Shown here: piece by piece, positions 39,877-55,500 of the stretch
Numbering within the stretch: the stretch's first letter is position 1
How the letters are laid out: every line of letters begins with the position of its first letter
NCBI GenBank assembly: GCA_053919585.1
Contig: CM132783.1
DNA length: 64,000 nucleotides
From: Euprymna scolopes
Lineage: Eukaryota
Strand: one strand, 5' to 3'
Program-made: the position numbers and the translations under genes
The notes under the pieces: generated by a model
Told to the model about the DNA's origin: nothing
Seen by the model: only the letters and a program-made list of their open reading frames with translations
Database searches by the model: none

Positions 39877-42800
39877 GAAAAATTAAAATGTAAATATTTT
39901 CACATTAAAATAAAGACAACCATGACCAAATTGTCATATATATATATATATGTGTATGTAAAAAGAAATGACAATTTGGTGATGGTAGTCTTAATTTTAA
40001 CAGTATTTTTGAGTGGAAATCACTCACCATGAAAAAAAATAACTATTTCTTTTTAATTTGGAGTTTTATTTTGCAATAGTCATAAACTTTTAGAATCCAG
40101 GTCCATTTTAAAAAGTTTATTTTAATTTTATATAACCCAACCATTTATTATGTTTTGCTGCAGCAGAACAAAACAACAGTTATATTATTTTGAGGCATAA
40201 GTGATTTGTGAACCGAATTTTCGCAACTTCTAATTTTGAAAAATTACATATTGAATAAAATAAATTTATTAATAAGTTATATCATTTCAGAAATTAAATT
40301 GAATAATGTTAACAAAATAAATCTATGATGAAACACTCAAATACCAAAATGTGTAAATGTTTTTTGCACTGTGATAAATTGTCTACTACATTGGTGAACA
40401 ACATGGCTGAAACCTTGAACCTTTATCAGGCAGTAAAAATTATAGACAGAAAATGGTGGATAGTAAGACGACTCAAAGAAGCAGTGCATATGCTGGCTGA
40501 CAACCAACTTCTAAGCAAACCTAGTATAGAATTTAACAAAATATGTGGACCATTAATTATAAATAATAGATAATATATAGTAGTAATAAATAGTAAAAGA
40601 AAAAAATGTAGCAGTAAACAGTGATATATAATGATAAGTAGTAAGATTGTACATCTAGAAACAAAATAGGCTCCTAAAATTTAAATTAGAAGTATCCACA
40701 AGGCATAGTGGATATAGTACTTGATAAAATTCAGTTGTAAGTTATACTCTTTTGAAGGCTGAAGGTTCAATCCTCAGTGCAAGCAACGTTCAAAATACAA
40801 TTGCAAATTACTTAGGATTGCTACCCAGTCATGGTTGATAGGACGAGAGCATGTTACCCTATAGTTTAAATAAAGAGTTCTGTTTGAAATTCTGTGCAGA
40901 TTCTCCGAGTAAGACAAGATACTCTTGAAGAAGGTCGGAGATTACATCAACTGAAATCTGAAAATAACCTTAAAATGACAAAATGTATACGATGCTCATG
41001 AATAGGACTTTTTGTTGCTAAAAACCAGTGGGAAAATAAAGTGTGTATATGTGGAGGGGGGGGGGGATTTCATGCTGAATCGATCCAAGAATATACTAAG
41101 AAATTTTGTGTTTTACATCTATATAAAACCCTGTTATTGTCTGATCACCAAAGAGGAAATGCACAAACCGAGAAAACAGACAATGTCATTGTCAGAATTT
41201 AAAATTTTACCCGTTTCAAAATGGTTTAAAAATTGAATAAACCATCAAAAATAGAATTGTCGTTTCATCATTTTTCATACAGTTTTACAGCATATGCTTT
41301 TCATTGTTACAATTTTAAGTAAATTACTTAATTTAAAATTAAATTATTACAAATGTATAGACAGATTAGAAAGTGAAAATATTTGTTTTATTTATGTAAA
41401 AATAAATAGCTGACAAATATTTGTACAGTAAGAAAGAGATGGTAGGAAAAACAATTGGATAATTTCCTGTTAGTTTATATATAAAACTGAACAGTCCAGC
41501 TGAAAATTTTACAATTATTTTTTTCTATGATCTGAAAATTTAGTGTTTAATCTACGATTATTAAATGCTCTTCTGAAGAATTTTTTTTTCTAGCGACAGA
41601 TGAATGCCTACAAGGTCACTATTTGAACAGAAAGATATCTGTTCACATTACATTTAAATTTCTGCACATTAATACAGTCATGGAAGCAGGAAAGGGAGAA
41701 GGAATTTCAAAGTCTAGCAGTTCAAGGAATAAATTATTAGAGTAGAAAGCTTTTCATCATTTAGGAATCTCTGCAACAAAGAGATGGGATTTTGCTACTT
41801 ATTGGGTTAGTCAGGATATTTATTGTGAGGGGATAAATTTCATTCACTCTTTCGCTCACACATAACCAGTTTCTCCTTTCCTTTTATTTGTCACATGATA
41901 AGCATTAACTCTATTTGCCTGCTTGCTGATTTGGCACCTCCAACCGTTTCTTATTCATAAATTTAAGAGTTGAAAATAAAAAGTGAAGTATGTATGCAAT
42001 TAAAAAAAACAGTGAAGCAAAACTGAAAGATAAAGACTCCCAGACAATGCCAAGTAGGTACAGCTAATAAGTAAAGATTAAATCTACTCACAGAAAAGAC
42101 TTTCAGTTTGAAAGGTGCATTCAAGTGAATTGTCATGGCAGCTGTGGCAAATATTTCTGCTTGAACAGATGCTTCCAAGGCATCTCCTGCTGCCTCAGCC
42201 AAGTTGACTGCACACAGAGCCAAGTTAATGCCATAGGCTGAAGTACCACTGTTATGACCTGGAAAAAATAAATAAATAAATAAAAAATCCAAATATTACG
42301 CAATACATGCACTGGAGAAAAGAGTATTTTTTTTCTACAAAAAGAATGTGCACTAACGAGATCACGTGGGACTTGCTAGCTCAACGTAGCAATTGCTAAA
42401 TTACTGTTTATCTTGTTTTGTAAATCTTTTTTTCTTACTTTAATATTTGTTCGCATTTTCATCTTATTATCTTGACTATGATACTCTGGTTACAACAGCA
42501 TCAAAGCACGATCTGAAGTTGCAAAGCATATAAGCAGAGAAGCAAACGGATTAAAACAGTCAAGTGATCATATTTGAAGGTGTTCATAATAGGTTATGTA
42601 AACATGGCATAATCATGTTGACACATCGGTTCTCGCTAGATCACCAAAGTTAAGCAATGTTGAGCCTTGTCACTATCAAATGGCTGACCAATTTGAGAAT
42701 ACCAGATGGATAACCAATTTGGAAACACCAGGTGCTGTATGTAAGGGAAGATCGACACCTCCCTGCAAGAGGAGCAAAAACCTAACATTGTTATCTTCCT

Positions 42801-45800
42801 TAAAGGTGATATACATGCAACTGAGGACAGCTTGTGAATTTCATACTCCCATGGAACTTCTTCCTTCATAGGAAGCCAGTTAAACCTGCATTAAGTGCTG
42901 CAGTTTCATTTTTTTTTTTTTATTTCAAGAAAGGGAGAAGAAGTGTAAAACCTAAAACAGCTTCTTTACTGCAATACAAGTTGGATATTCCACCTTAACC
43001 TCAAGTTTAGAACAAGTGAAAGATGCAATAAAAAAATGCATCGTTTGGAAATTTATAACCTTCCTACAAGACAATATTTGTTGATATGTAAAAAATCAAG
43101 TTTTGACCAAGTTCATCAAATTAATTGTTGAAAACATTAGCATATCATTCATCACAGCGAAAACCTCAATATTTAATTTTTATTCATAGAAAATAGATTT
43201 TGCTCAATTTAACTTCACTTAATAGTATTTAATGTTTGTTAGTTTAAACTATAAAAGTTGTACATGTTTTCAGCCTGTGATTAAGGTGTAATATCTGTTA
43301 TATCCTTGGTCAGAAGAAGAGAAATCCTTCTTGACTGAGACAATTTATTTTTGTTCCATCTAAACTGCCCAAATGCAATAAAAAAGAAAAAAAAAATTAT
43401 ATATTTAACTTTAGGGAAGCAAGAAAATACAGATTACAGTTGGTAAAAACAATGTTGAGATTTCTGCTAATTGGAGCTCAAATAATAAAATTTCCAAACT
43501 AATATTTACTTATGAGGGAACTCAACATTTAATTTTCAATTATTTCAGACTATAGATACAGTTTAAGTATCATTAGTTCTTCATTCTTATAATGTAAACA
43601 TAAATTTGATGATTTGCTTAGCTCAAAGCTGATTACTGTGGATCAATGTATAAAATGTTAATGAATTGAGATTAAGATTAAGGACAAAATATACATTCAT
43701 AAGGTACCTTTTTAGTGAATGAAACAGTTCAAAGATTTCTATAAAGGGATAATGCATAATTTTTCATAATGTTCAATATCTCAACTGATATTTTTTTTTT
43801 TAATATGGAGGTTCATTGCTTAGCAAGGCCCAAGGACTACTTGAGGATAATGGTATTACCACATTGCCCAACATCAGTCATCACAAATGCTCTAAAGTGT
43901 GTTTCACATTGACATTGATGGCCCGAAGCCGCATGGTAGGTTGCTTAAAACAAGGAGAGAATTAGCTGACCTAAACTTGTTGAGTGGCACAAGCAAAATG
44001 GCAACAGACAACAAAAATTGAAAGTTATCCACAAAACATCTAATCTCAAACTCGAGACAAAAAAAATGGAAAAAATGTTATAATTGGAAGTAAGAAACGT
44101 AATCATTTAAATTATTACTTGTCGAAGAGAAGTTGAATAATATATAGATATCAAGGTTGGTTGAGCTGAACATCTATTATGTAAAATATTTTAGAATGTT
44201 TATTCACTGAAACTTGACTCAACTGATATTAAATTACTTTGTGGAAAAATTAGTTTTTGAATTATTACTTGTTGAAGAAGAGCAGTTGAATGTATATTAT
44301 ATTTCTGTCTGTTCCACGTTTTCTTGAAAACTACTAGGTTGATCTTGCTGAAATTTTGAATGGACATTTGTTATAAGGTGCAGCAAACTAAGTATTATGG
44401 TATCCGCGCAATGCACCATTAATATGGATTAATAGGAATTGGTATTTAATGCAAAAATTAGCACAACTTAACCATATGCAACCATTAAATTGGGCATAAA
44501 GCACTCATTCTTTGTTAATCAGTTATAACTTTTGCCCATTTTTAACAAGCTAAAAAGTATAGCTGTCGATGTTGATTGGGTTGAATACTCTATGTAAAGT
44601 ACTCCTCAACACCTGGCAGCATGTAAAATAGATAAACCAAATGTGATTTTGAGATGTTTATTGAAATTTAGGAAGTATCTAATATCAAATTACTTTGTAA
44701 AGAAATTAATGTTTTATCTAAATCTTGTAAATTTTTCTTGCTTTATGTCATTGGTTAGTATGTGATACCCACATAATAAACCAAATATGGAAAATGTGTG
44801 ATAATCAAATGGCGAGACGACAAAAACTAAAGTAAAAATGTAAATTGTTTCTTTATTAAAAAAAGTGTAAAAGGTTTTGTGAAAATACCTACCAGTCAAA
44901 TAGAGTTGATGCAGTTTGTGATAGGCTAAGGCTGCATTCACAGCCGATTCCTTCACTTCCGATTCATCAAAGTCTTTTGACCAGAGTCCTCCAGCCCTTT
45001 TGCTAAGCCATTTCCCCAAGTAAATACGATGCAAGAATTGACGCAAACAATGCCAAGTCAAACTAGCAAAAAGGTCAAGCTTTGATGCTGGGAGTGGACG
45101 CCCAAGAGCTAAAAGACCAAGGTGCAATTGCTGAGCAGCTGCTGCATAATCACCCTATTAGAAAAAATAAATAAATAAAATGAAACTGTGAATGTTTTTA
45201 CATTTTTGAGATGAAGATTGATAATTTGGATTATTTAGACTATTGTTGTTTTTTATTGTGATTGTTCTCATTTTGAGTGTTATTCACACAATGTTTCAGT
45301 CAATGTAACTTCATCTTCTTCAAGTGTATCTTGTCAAACTCTGACATCTTTCTATTAAACTTGGGAATCTGCATGGAATTCCAAACGGAACACTTTATTT
45401 AATCCACAGGGGTAACATACTTTCATTCCATCAGCCATGATTAAGTAGAAGTCTTAAATAATTTGCAATTGTATTCTTAATATCACCTGAACTGAGGATT
45501 AAAAATTCCACCCCTCAGAAGAAGGTCACAACTGAATTTTACCTAGATCTTCATCCATTATGTTATGAGTTCTTGCGGAAGAACAGTAGTCCAAATAATT
45601 CAATGAAACCATGAACATTCTACAGATTCTATTCTCATCAAAAGTAACTCGTACCAAAATAATTAAACATGATTAAATACAAAGAAAACAAATTGTGGCT
45701 AAAAATTGTATTGCATTTGAAGTTGATCTTTAATTTAGGTTCACAATATAACTCAAGAGCAATTTAGTTAGCCTCACGGAAGTTTTTTTTTTTTTTTAAA

Positions 45801-46483
45801 TATAATGAAAAATTATTTTAACTTGATTTTCTTAATACAAGTGATAATATCTATAAGTATTTATTTTCCTAGTTCAGAACAAAGACAATCCGAGAACAAT
45901 TACCTTCAATGTAAGATAGTGGCTCAACTATTTAGTTGTCTATAAATATTTTTTTAATAAATAAAGCAACTTGAATAATGTCAATCTATACTACAGAATT
46001 TTACATAAAGCAGACCTTTAATTAAAAGTATTCAAGATCTTTAGTTATATTAATATATACTAGCAACAGTGTGGCAAGACAGCACTTGAGCCAAATACTT
46101 CGGAAACTCCACAAGGCATCAATCAAACATTTGTTGATGGACAAATTCCTGTTTAGACAGTAGAGCATTAATTTCTGAGGATTTGGCGAAATGAGGCTCT
46201 TAATGATCTTAATTAAATTTGCTATCATCCGTTTTAATTGCTTTAAAAGTGTCATTACTTCCTAAACAAGATTTAATGACTGAACACTAACAAAAAAAAA
46301 AAAGAAAAGAAAAAGGGAAACAGGAGAGGAAACAAGAAAGGAAAGTTTTAAAAAAAAAGGACAACATAAAAGAAAGAACAAAGAAAGAAGAAAAGAGAAA
46401 AATATAGAATACTAGCAGGCCACCTGGCGTTGCCCAGTCTTAAAATATGCTTAAACATGATATTTTAATTTATGCAGATTTCA

Positions 46484-46524
<41 letters not shown>

Positions 46525-49500
46525 GAGCCAATTCTCTGATGATTATTATATTGCATCCATTACATTTTAGTGCCTCTTTCCCATTTGGCCCAGTCGTAAA
46601 ATACACTTAAATATATTTTAATTCATGCAGATTTTAGTATTTATTATTATAAAGCCAATATTCTATTGATTATTATATTGTACTCAATATATAGTAGTGA
46701 TTTTAAAAATAAAAAAAAGACTTGGGTGCTACCAGCTAAAATCGAAACCAAAACATAGTTATGCAGCCTTATTCATTACCATCTGAGCTAACAGAAAAAT
46801 TGGTACTTATGCACTTATTGAACCATATTAAAATAACATTTAGAAAGCCATTCTTAACATGGAGAGAGGAGGGCGTTTTGTAACTATTCTGTACTTTCAC
46901 CTAACAATTTAAAGAAAAAAAAAAAAAAAGATATTGTAAAACTTTAATTTGAAAATACTATTTAAAAATAATGTGGTTTAATAAGTGCACAAGCACCAAA
47001 AAATTAACCGAATTTACAGTATAAATGTATATTTGCATATGCGTAAAAGGTATACGTTTAATCAACTTACATCCACCAAGTTAAAATTTTTTCAATTTTT
47101 ACCCCTTTATGGCTAAAAACCAAATCGAATTTGTTTCACAGGCTCTAATCTCCTATATATCAAGTTTCAAGTTTGTAAACTAAAAATTTACAAAGTAATT
47201 TGATAGAGAACATTCCTTAGACAGACAAGGTCACTTATATATATAAATAACTGAATTTCAACAAAATCTTGTACCAACTAGTAGGCTGCACGTCGTTGCC
47301 CAGTCATAAAATATGCTTACATATGATATCTTATGCAGATTTCATATTTATTATAGAGTCGGTTTAAAGCTAAATCAAATTTTTTCCACTGGTCCAAATT
47401 CCCTATATATCAAGTTTCAAGTCTGTAGACCAAAAATTGAGAGAGGAGTTTGATAGAAATTATTCTCCACACAGAGATAAGGTCACGTGTGTGTGTGTGT
47501 GTGTACTTCATCCTAAATGCTATACAATTATGCCCCATGTAGAAAATATGCATAAATAAAATTTAGCATAATAGTTAAATGAAACTAATCATCCAATAAA
47601 CCATAAAAAAATGAATAATTAATTCATTTTTCAAAGGAATATGTAAATCAGTTAACCTTTATGAAGTTGCTCGCATATCCATGATCGAGTATATAAAGTT
47701 CAGTTTAATAATTTTTAAATAGAAAAATTAGGCTTTTAATATCAATGTGAGTGCGACAAAAAAATGCATTTTATATGTATAGATAGATAACTGACTTACC
47801 TGATTAATGTATTTGTCAGACTGCTTTTTATGTCTCCAATAAGTAACTGATGCTTGGCTATTCTTTGATTTCACAGGCTCCCCATAAACAAACAACATTA
47901 GCAACATCAGAAGGATAAACACAGTGTTCAGTAACTGTGGTAGGAAAGGCCAGAAAGTACCCATAGCTGCATTGTCTTTAAAAGAGAAAAAGAAAATAGA
48001 CTGATAAATATTTTCCAAGTATAACCTTAAAAAACAAATTGTTTTATTCTAATGAAATATTAAAATTCCATAACTATGAACATTGTAGTAGTTTGTTTTT
48101 ATTTTCATTCCCAAATTATTTGATTTCTGAATCAAATTTAAATCTTCCCAAATTATTTTTACAGTATACTTTTGATAAAAGAAATAAAGTTCAAATCAAT
48201 ATGAAGAAGTTATGATTATTGAGATAAGAAATGTTATTCCAAGGGATGCAAATGCTATTGTAATAATATGATTTTAATAATTTTATATGTTAGATTATAG
48301 TGATAATTTATGCCTTACAAAATCAATATTTTATTCTGAGTAGCCAGTTGATTACGGAAATTTTTGGTCAGTTCTTTAAAAACAAAATTTTACTATCTAG
48401 ATCAATTCCATTTATGACATATCTAGTCAATAAATTCATTTATTACTTCCAAATAATCTTCCCCATTTAATTCCATTGAATAATCAGAAAAGATGGTTAT
48501 TTGATGAAATCTCTGCAAAAAATGCAAAAGACTTCTAAAACATTTTCGGTGCATAAGTTTTAAACATTAAAATTATTACTTCAGTTTTAAGTGATTTGAT
48601 TTATTATCCTAATTTTATTTTACTTATTCAAATACCTATTCTAAGCTGTCAGAATTACTTAATGAAACCTTTTATTCATGATATTTATACATCATAATCA
48701 CGTCAACACACCGGTTCCCGTCAGATCACCAAAGTTAAGCAATGTTGAACCTGGTCATTGCTAAAACGGGTGACCAATTTGGGAATTCCAGGCGCTATAG
48801 GACATAGACACCTTCCTGCAAGAGTTGCAAAAACCTAACGTCGTCATCTCCTCTAACGAGCATATACATGCAACTGAAGACCATTTGTGAATTTCATACT
48901 CCCATGAAACTTCCTTCTCCAGAGGAAGCCGGTTAAACCCGAAAAGGGTTGGTGCCGACACACACACACACACACACACACATTCATGATATTTACCAAA
49001 CAAGTAAATTTGGCAGTATCCTTCATTTTATATAGAAGTCGTTTTTTGTTTTTTCATCAAAAGTTCAAATCAGATCATTGACCAAGACAAACGTCCATAG
49101 AGGTAGACTAAACACATAAATATATAACTTTTGTCAAAGAAAAATTATACCAACCTGATTTAAAACTGAGCAAAACTCGATCATATTTATGTGCAGTCGA
49201 ATAAGTGTCGGAATAAGAAAGAGTGCCAGGTTTTAAGAAAAAACCAAATGGATTAAAAGCCAAAACTCCAAACATGAACATACAAGTGGCAATACGAGAC
49301 CTGTCCAGCATACCACCCATGTCAAACATTGGAGCATCACTGCCTGAAAAGAGAGAACAAGAGAAATATTAAGGAGTAAAAAAATAAAAGTGAAAAACTT
49401 CAATTTAGTAAATTGAATTGTTTTATATACAAAAAATCCATCTTGCTTTCATTTTATTAATTCAATTTTGATAGAGCAACTGTCACACATTCATGAATTC

Positions 49501-52500
49501 TAGAGTTAGTTTTATTTTGCATTAACCCTGAATGTTTTCCTTAATGTCTGCATTACACAACATTAGCATCAACAAACTTTCATCATGCTCTATTTAGATT
49601 ATTCATCCCTTTTAGACCTATTCTCATCTCATGAAATCTTTTCGATATTCTACCAGATGTTTCTACACTTAAAAATATTCTGTATAATAAAACAGATTTA
49701 TAAAATCAATAACATTTTGCAGAAATTAAAACGCACATTAGCTGAATCCATCTTACTCTACAGATCAGACTCTTGAAATATAAATGTTGCTTGATACTGT
49801 GCATCATCTAGAACATATCATGGCAAAACCATGTATCAAACAAAATGTTTTATGTTTGCCTTTTCGGCATATGTGAAATTGTTAAACATCAAACTTTGAT
49901 GCTGGCTATAGACATATCATGGAATGATGAACTTGCTCAAAAAGTGCCTTTGTGGTCTCCAGATGTCCAGCGATGGGCTGAGAGGGCTCATTTTATAATA
50001 AAGACTTTTCTGGAGAATGACACTACTCTCTCACTATCAGAGCTTCCGGTCACAATGAATGGGTGATCATCATGGTACATGACCTTTGTGAAATGTTTCA
50101 TCATCAATTGATAAGGCAAAAAATATGCATTTCAATAGCTAATCTAACACAGTAACTGTTATCCTATAACATCCTCTTATGAATCCAAACGTCACATATC
50201 AAATTAGAATTTATTTTATTAACTAAATTATTTGCTCATTAAAACATTTCTTAAAGAAAATAATACAATAAATATCTTTATAACAGTTTCAGTCACATAA
50301 ATAATTCAAATAAAATCGTGTTCAGCATAATTTTGAAAAATGCAATTAATAAAAAACATACATTAGTGTGCATAAAATTTATTTTATTTCCACTATTAAT
50401 AAATTGTGCATTGCTATTAAAAACAAAAATATTTCATACAGAACTTTATTTTGCAAAATGTACTCCAAAGTGAAAATTTTATAACTTTCTTAGACACTAT
50501 CTATAAAATAACGTCTAGTAGAAACATTTTAAGAAAACTGATTTTTATAAACCAGTTGTAAAATAGAGAAAAAAATGAAGTGCTTCTGTAAAGTTAAAAT
50601 GTTATATGAAAGTTTTCTAAATTAAAATTTGATGTGTAAGCAATTTACCTATATTTTATATTTATACTATTTACAGCTATTTGACTCTTCTCCTCATCTT
50701 TATTATATTTATCTTGTTTTGGCGATTATATACCGTCAGCTTCTTTTTGGTACACTTAATACAGCCAGGAATCTCCCATGAAAGCTAAATTAAGCAGTTT
50801 ATTCAATTCATAGGAGAAAGTCTATTCTCATTTTATGTTCCTTGGAATATTTCAAAAACGATTTTTTAAAATTACATTTTCACCCCAAACAAGGCACATT
50901 GCCACTTTGATGGTAGGGGCTACTATTAGGGGTAGTAGTTGGGAAGTTGAGCAGCAAGATGTCGGTTCACATTACACTTGAACTTCTGCATGTCAGTACA
51001 GTTGGGGAAGCAGGAAAAAGGCTCTTACATCTAGGGATCTCTACTGTGAAGGGGTGGGATTTTACTGCTTGTCAGGAGTATTTACGTAGAAGGGGTACAA
51101 GTGCTTGCAGTTTATCGGAACATTCACCGTTAAAGTACTTGTAGAACAGGCAGAGGGATGCTACATTGCGTCGATGGGACAGAGGCTGAAGCTTGGATGA
51201 CAGTTCAGAACCTATTAGGTTGGCGACTCTCTTTTGAACCTTGTCTAGGAGTGAGAGACTAGTAGCAGATGCACCGGCCCAAAATATGACAACAATACTC
51301 CATGCATGGGCGAATAGTGGCCTTATAGAGGTACAAGATACTTTTAGGCGTTAGTAGCTTTCTAGCACGGTAGAGAGAACGGTCCTGGCAATGCTCTTAA
51401 TGTAATTGTTCTAACTCATGTTTCCTGTGAACGTTAGGCCAAGGAATTTAAAAAATGTGCTTTCAGATAAAGAGTCTTTGGCCATTGCTATTGGTGGTAG
51501 AGAAGGTTTCTTGTAGTTATTGAAGGAAACAAGTTTAGTCTTGGCGGCATTGAATGTGACCATCCATTTTTGTCCCCATTCCACTACAGATCGGAGGTCA
51601 TCCTCTAGTGTTTCTGCCATTTCTTTAGATATGTGTTCATTTGTTTTCCTGTCGTGTCTGTTATAGAGCGTGGTGTCATTAGCATATATACCCATCTCAC
51701 AGACAATTTTGTCAGGGAGGTCATTTATGAATATTAGGAATAATAGAGGTCCAAGGATAGACCCCTGAGGCACTCCCGCATTTATATCATATTGTTTAGA
51801 TGTACGACCATCGAGGACAACCTGGATTTTTCTCTTATCTAAGAAGGATTTAATTATGTTAAGTATTCTTCCAATGATACTGTATGATCTGATTTTCCTA
51901 AGACCTTCATGCCATACCATGTCAAAAGCTACCGCTCTGCCCTCCCCTGCTTTGTCAAGTGAATGGTATATATACTCGGAGATTACAGTTAGGATGTCTG
52001 CTGTGGAACGGGCTTGCCTAAATCCATATTGTTGGTCGGTCAGAAGTTTAGCATCTGTAAGGTGATGGACTAGCGCTTCCTAATGACTCTAGTGTTACAT
52101 GTTTCCCATGTATAAATAGATTCTAACTACTGACACAGAAGATAACATTCCTCATCCTATCAGGCATATAACAGTTTCATTTTCCTACTGAATTGTGCCC
52201 AGGGATTGAACTTGGGACATCCAGACTGAACTGAGGAATATTTAACGGATTTAAGTTTAATGACATCTTTATCATACCTAGTTGGATTCATTTTTGACAG
52301 TCTTACATTAGGGTCTGATATTCTCTCAAGCATAACTGCCTCCTTTGGGAAGGAGAGGGTTTCATTGTCGTATGACTGAAGTGTTTCTACTGTGAAATGC
52401 CAAAGAATTCATTTGAGTTATTTCTATACCCTTTTAGAATGTCTCCTTGAGGAAGCTGTGCCCTCACCCCACCCACTTTAAAATAACTTCACATCCGACC

Positions 52501-55500
52501 TTGCTGCAGTGAAAAGCAGGCAAATACCAAAGTGAATGCTCTAATACATGGATGTCTTAATCTAAAAATCAAGATAAGAAAAATCTATTATTTTTCTTAA
52601 ATATATGTGCAAATTAATTTCCCTTTGGTATTTTAGTATCCTATTGTATTCATAAGATTATAGCTCAAATGCACTTTAAAAACAAGACCCAAGAAAATCA
52701 TACACACAGGAAAGATTTTCCACTTAATTTCAGCTCCATAAATGCTCACATATAATCAAGTCTGTGCTTGACTTATGAAAACACTGAATTAAAAATAAAC
52801 CTGAAAACTGAGACTGAATTAAATACATTTTATGAAAGTTTGATTGAAGCAACTTGATTTTTTAGACAACTCAAATCAAAATATACATTATAAGCCACTT
52901 GACAAAGCAAATTTATTTGAATCTTTTTCAATTTATTGGCAGTCAATCATTACAGATTAGCATGAGGTCCTCTATATCTGGACTCCCTAAATACTCCCTC
53001 CACTAACACATATAGGTTGTCAAAAGTAAGAAATTAGCTTTCATTAATAGTTAACATTATTTAGCAACAGATGGCACAACTCATTGTTCAGTATAACTGT
53101 TGAGAAAATTTAATTTGAACAATGTGTCAATAGGATAAATGCAGAAGTTAAAGAATTTGTTAACATTTTTATTAAGCTTTAAAATCAATAGAAAATCATT
53201 TGTTTATAGATTTAAAACACGAAATTTCAGCATAAAATGAGTTTTTATCATTAAACTACAAGATTATAATTTAAAAATCATATTTATTTTTTATATAAGG
53301 TCTTGTCTTTTTCCAAGGCAGCAGATAAAATTAAGTGTTTATTTCCTTCCAATTACAATTATGGTAAAACTGTTTTGACGCACCACTGCTATTAGCAGCC
53401 ATTTCATTTTAAAGAAAAAAATGTGGTTAAAAGAAAGACGACTTTATAAGTCTTTATTGCCGAAAAAAGTATTTGAGTTCTTTTTAATTAACCTCTACAT
53501 CTCTTGTGATATACCCCCCACCACCACCACCACCACCATTTCAATTGTAGACGCATTCAAATTATTATCTGAAAATGTGGTGGCACAGGTAACATATCAA
53601 GTCAAAGAACTTTTAATTGTAAGACAAAAAAAAAAAAAAGATAGTCCAATTCATTTACAGATCAACCATACGTGATCAGTTTGGGGTTGCTGTTGAGCAT
53701 TATTGATTTTGCATGAATCAGATGATTATTTTTGGCATTTGTTTTCTTAAATTCTTTCCAGAAATACATTGGGTACTTAAGGGAGGGACCACACGAACGT
53801 TGCTAACATCCCTAAGCGAAAGTATTTCTAAAGAATGAACTGAATTTGAACTTGACACATCCAGGTTGTCAGTCCATGCATAATCACTTAGCCATCATCA
53901 CCTCTCTGATGATGCGGTTTTTAATGCTTCCCGCCTTGGAACGCATCTGGCACTAGGATGACAGGAGAGTAAATGCAGACTAAATGCATCAATGAAAGAT
54001 CCATATTTGATCTGTGATACTCATAATTTGAAAGACGATTTGAAACTTACATTTGAATGCACTCATTTAGAAGGATAATAGTAAATTAGGATGTTGTACT
54101 AAATTAGGCATGACTACTTGGTTGTGAAGATGTAGTAAACAGAGTTGACTAGTATTGATTCAGAGAACGAACCTCAAGTTAGTAAAATTGGCCTTATTTT
54201 AATTTTTCCCAATCTTTTTTTTTTTTTATATCTATAATGACATATATTGCAAATTTAATCATAAAAAAGTTCAACCGTGTTTATCATATTTTCAACCTCA
54301 ATTATTTTTAAAAAAATAAAAAAAATAAACAAATAAAAAAAATACAAATCTTTAAAACAAAATAGCATGCATCATACATGTTAGTAGGCATAAGAAAATT
54401 GGCTTGAGGACATGGTACATTGGAAAATTACCAACATGAAAACATAACCTGTGAGAAGATTCAGAAATATAAAGAAAATTACCACCCAGCTCTTGTAAAG
54501 AAACTTTTTATTTTTTATTAAATGTTATTAAAAGTGTGATTGTATATTTATATGTAAATATAACTTTTAAACATGTTTTGCCTTTATTAAATATTAAAAA
54601 ATGGTACAAAAACATAAAAATAAATATTTTTTCAATGTAAATATTTATTTTGTTAAATAATCATTGGCAAAAATCGGTTTTTGAATAAAATTATTTTTAT
54701 TTTAAAATATTTTTCTGAATAAACATGTTAAGTTGAATTTTATTTTTCAATGAATACTAAGTTTTTAAATTAAACTTTTACAATAAATAATTTTTAGTAA
54801 AATATAAAATAGGAGTATTTTTGGTAATATATTAAGTTTATTTTATTTAGAAGCTATATAAATTACCTAGAAACTTAGATATCTCCAAATTACATATTTA
54901 AAAAATTATTAAATTAGTTTTTTAAGTAATGAAATTAAAATTAAAAATATAAATCTTTAAATAAAATGTGTAATGAAACATTTAAAAATAGTTAATACAA
55001 TCATTTATTGATTTTTAGTAAAGTGAAATGTTGATAATCATTTTTTCTGTATATTTTATTACTTCACAAACAAGTTTTTAACTGAAACAAAAAAAAAAAT
55101 CATTTTAGATAAGTCTTTTTCCAAGTAAACTTTATTTCAAAATGTTCAATCTTTCTTGAATATAATAATTGTAGAATGTAATAAAAAACTAAAATTATTT
55201 AAAAAGTAGAAAATAGTAAGACTCACTAAAAAAGGTTAATATTTTTGTTGACATCTAAAACATTTTTCAAAAATGTAAAATTTGCATTTAAAAGTAATAT
55301 TTACATACATTCAGTTTAATTATGTAAATTATTTAATATTTCAAGGAGTAAAAAGGAAAATCTATTAATTTTACATTTCCTTAAATGGTTAGTTTTCCCA
55401 TGGGCTATGTTTTCACATTTGTAGAATATAAAAAATGTCAAAAGTTTAAAACTAAAAATGTGGCTGGTTGTTAATTTTTTAAAAATATTTTCGAATAAAA

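Noticed and set aside
42636-42871. Paralogous small ORFs (also 48761-49003)
   Set aside because: The similarity comes from translating two copies of the same 5S SINE.
53820-53907. tRNA gene (also about 12000 and 52200)
   Set aside because: Only degenerate A/B boxes with no good cloverleaf; repeated as SINE heads.
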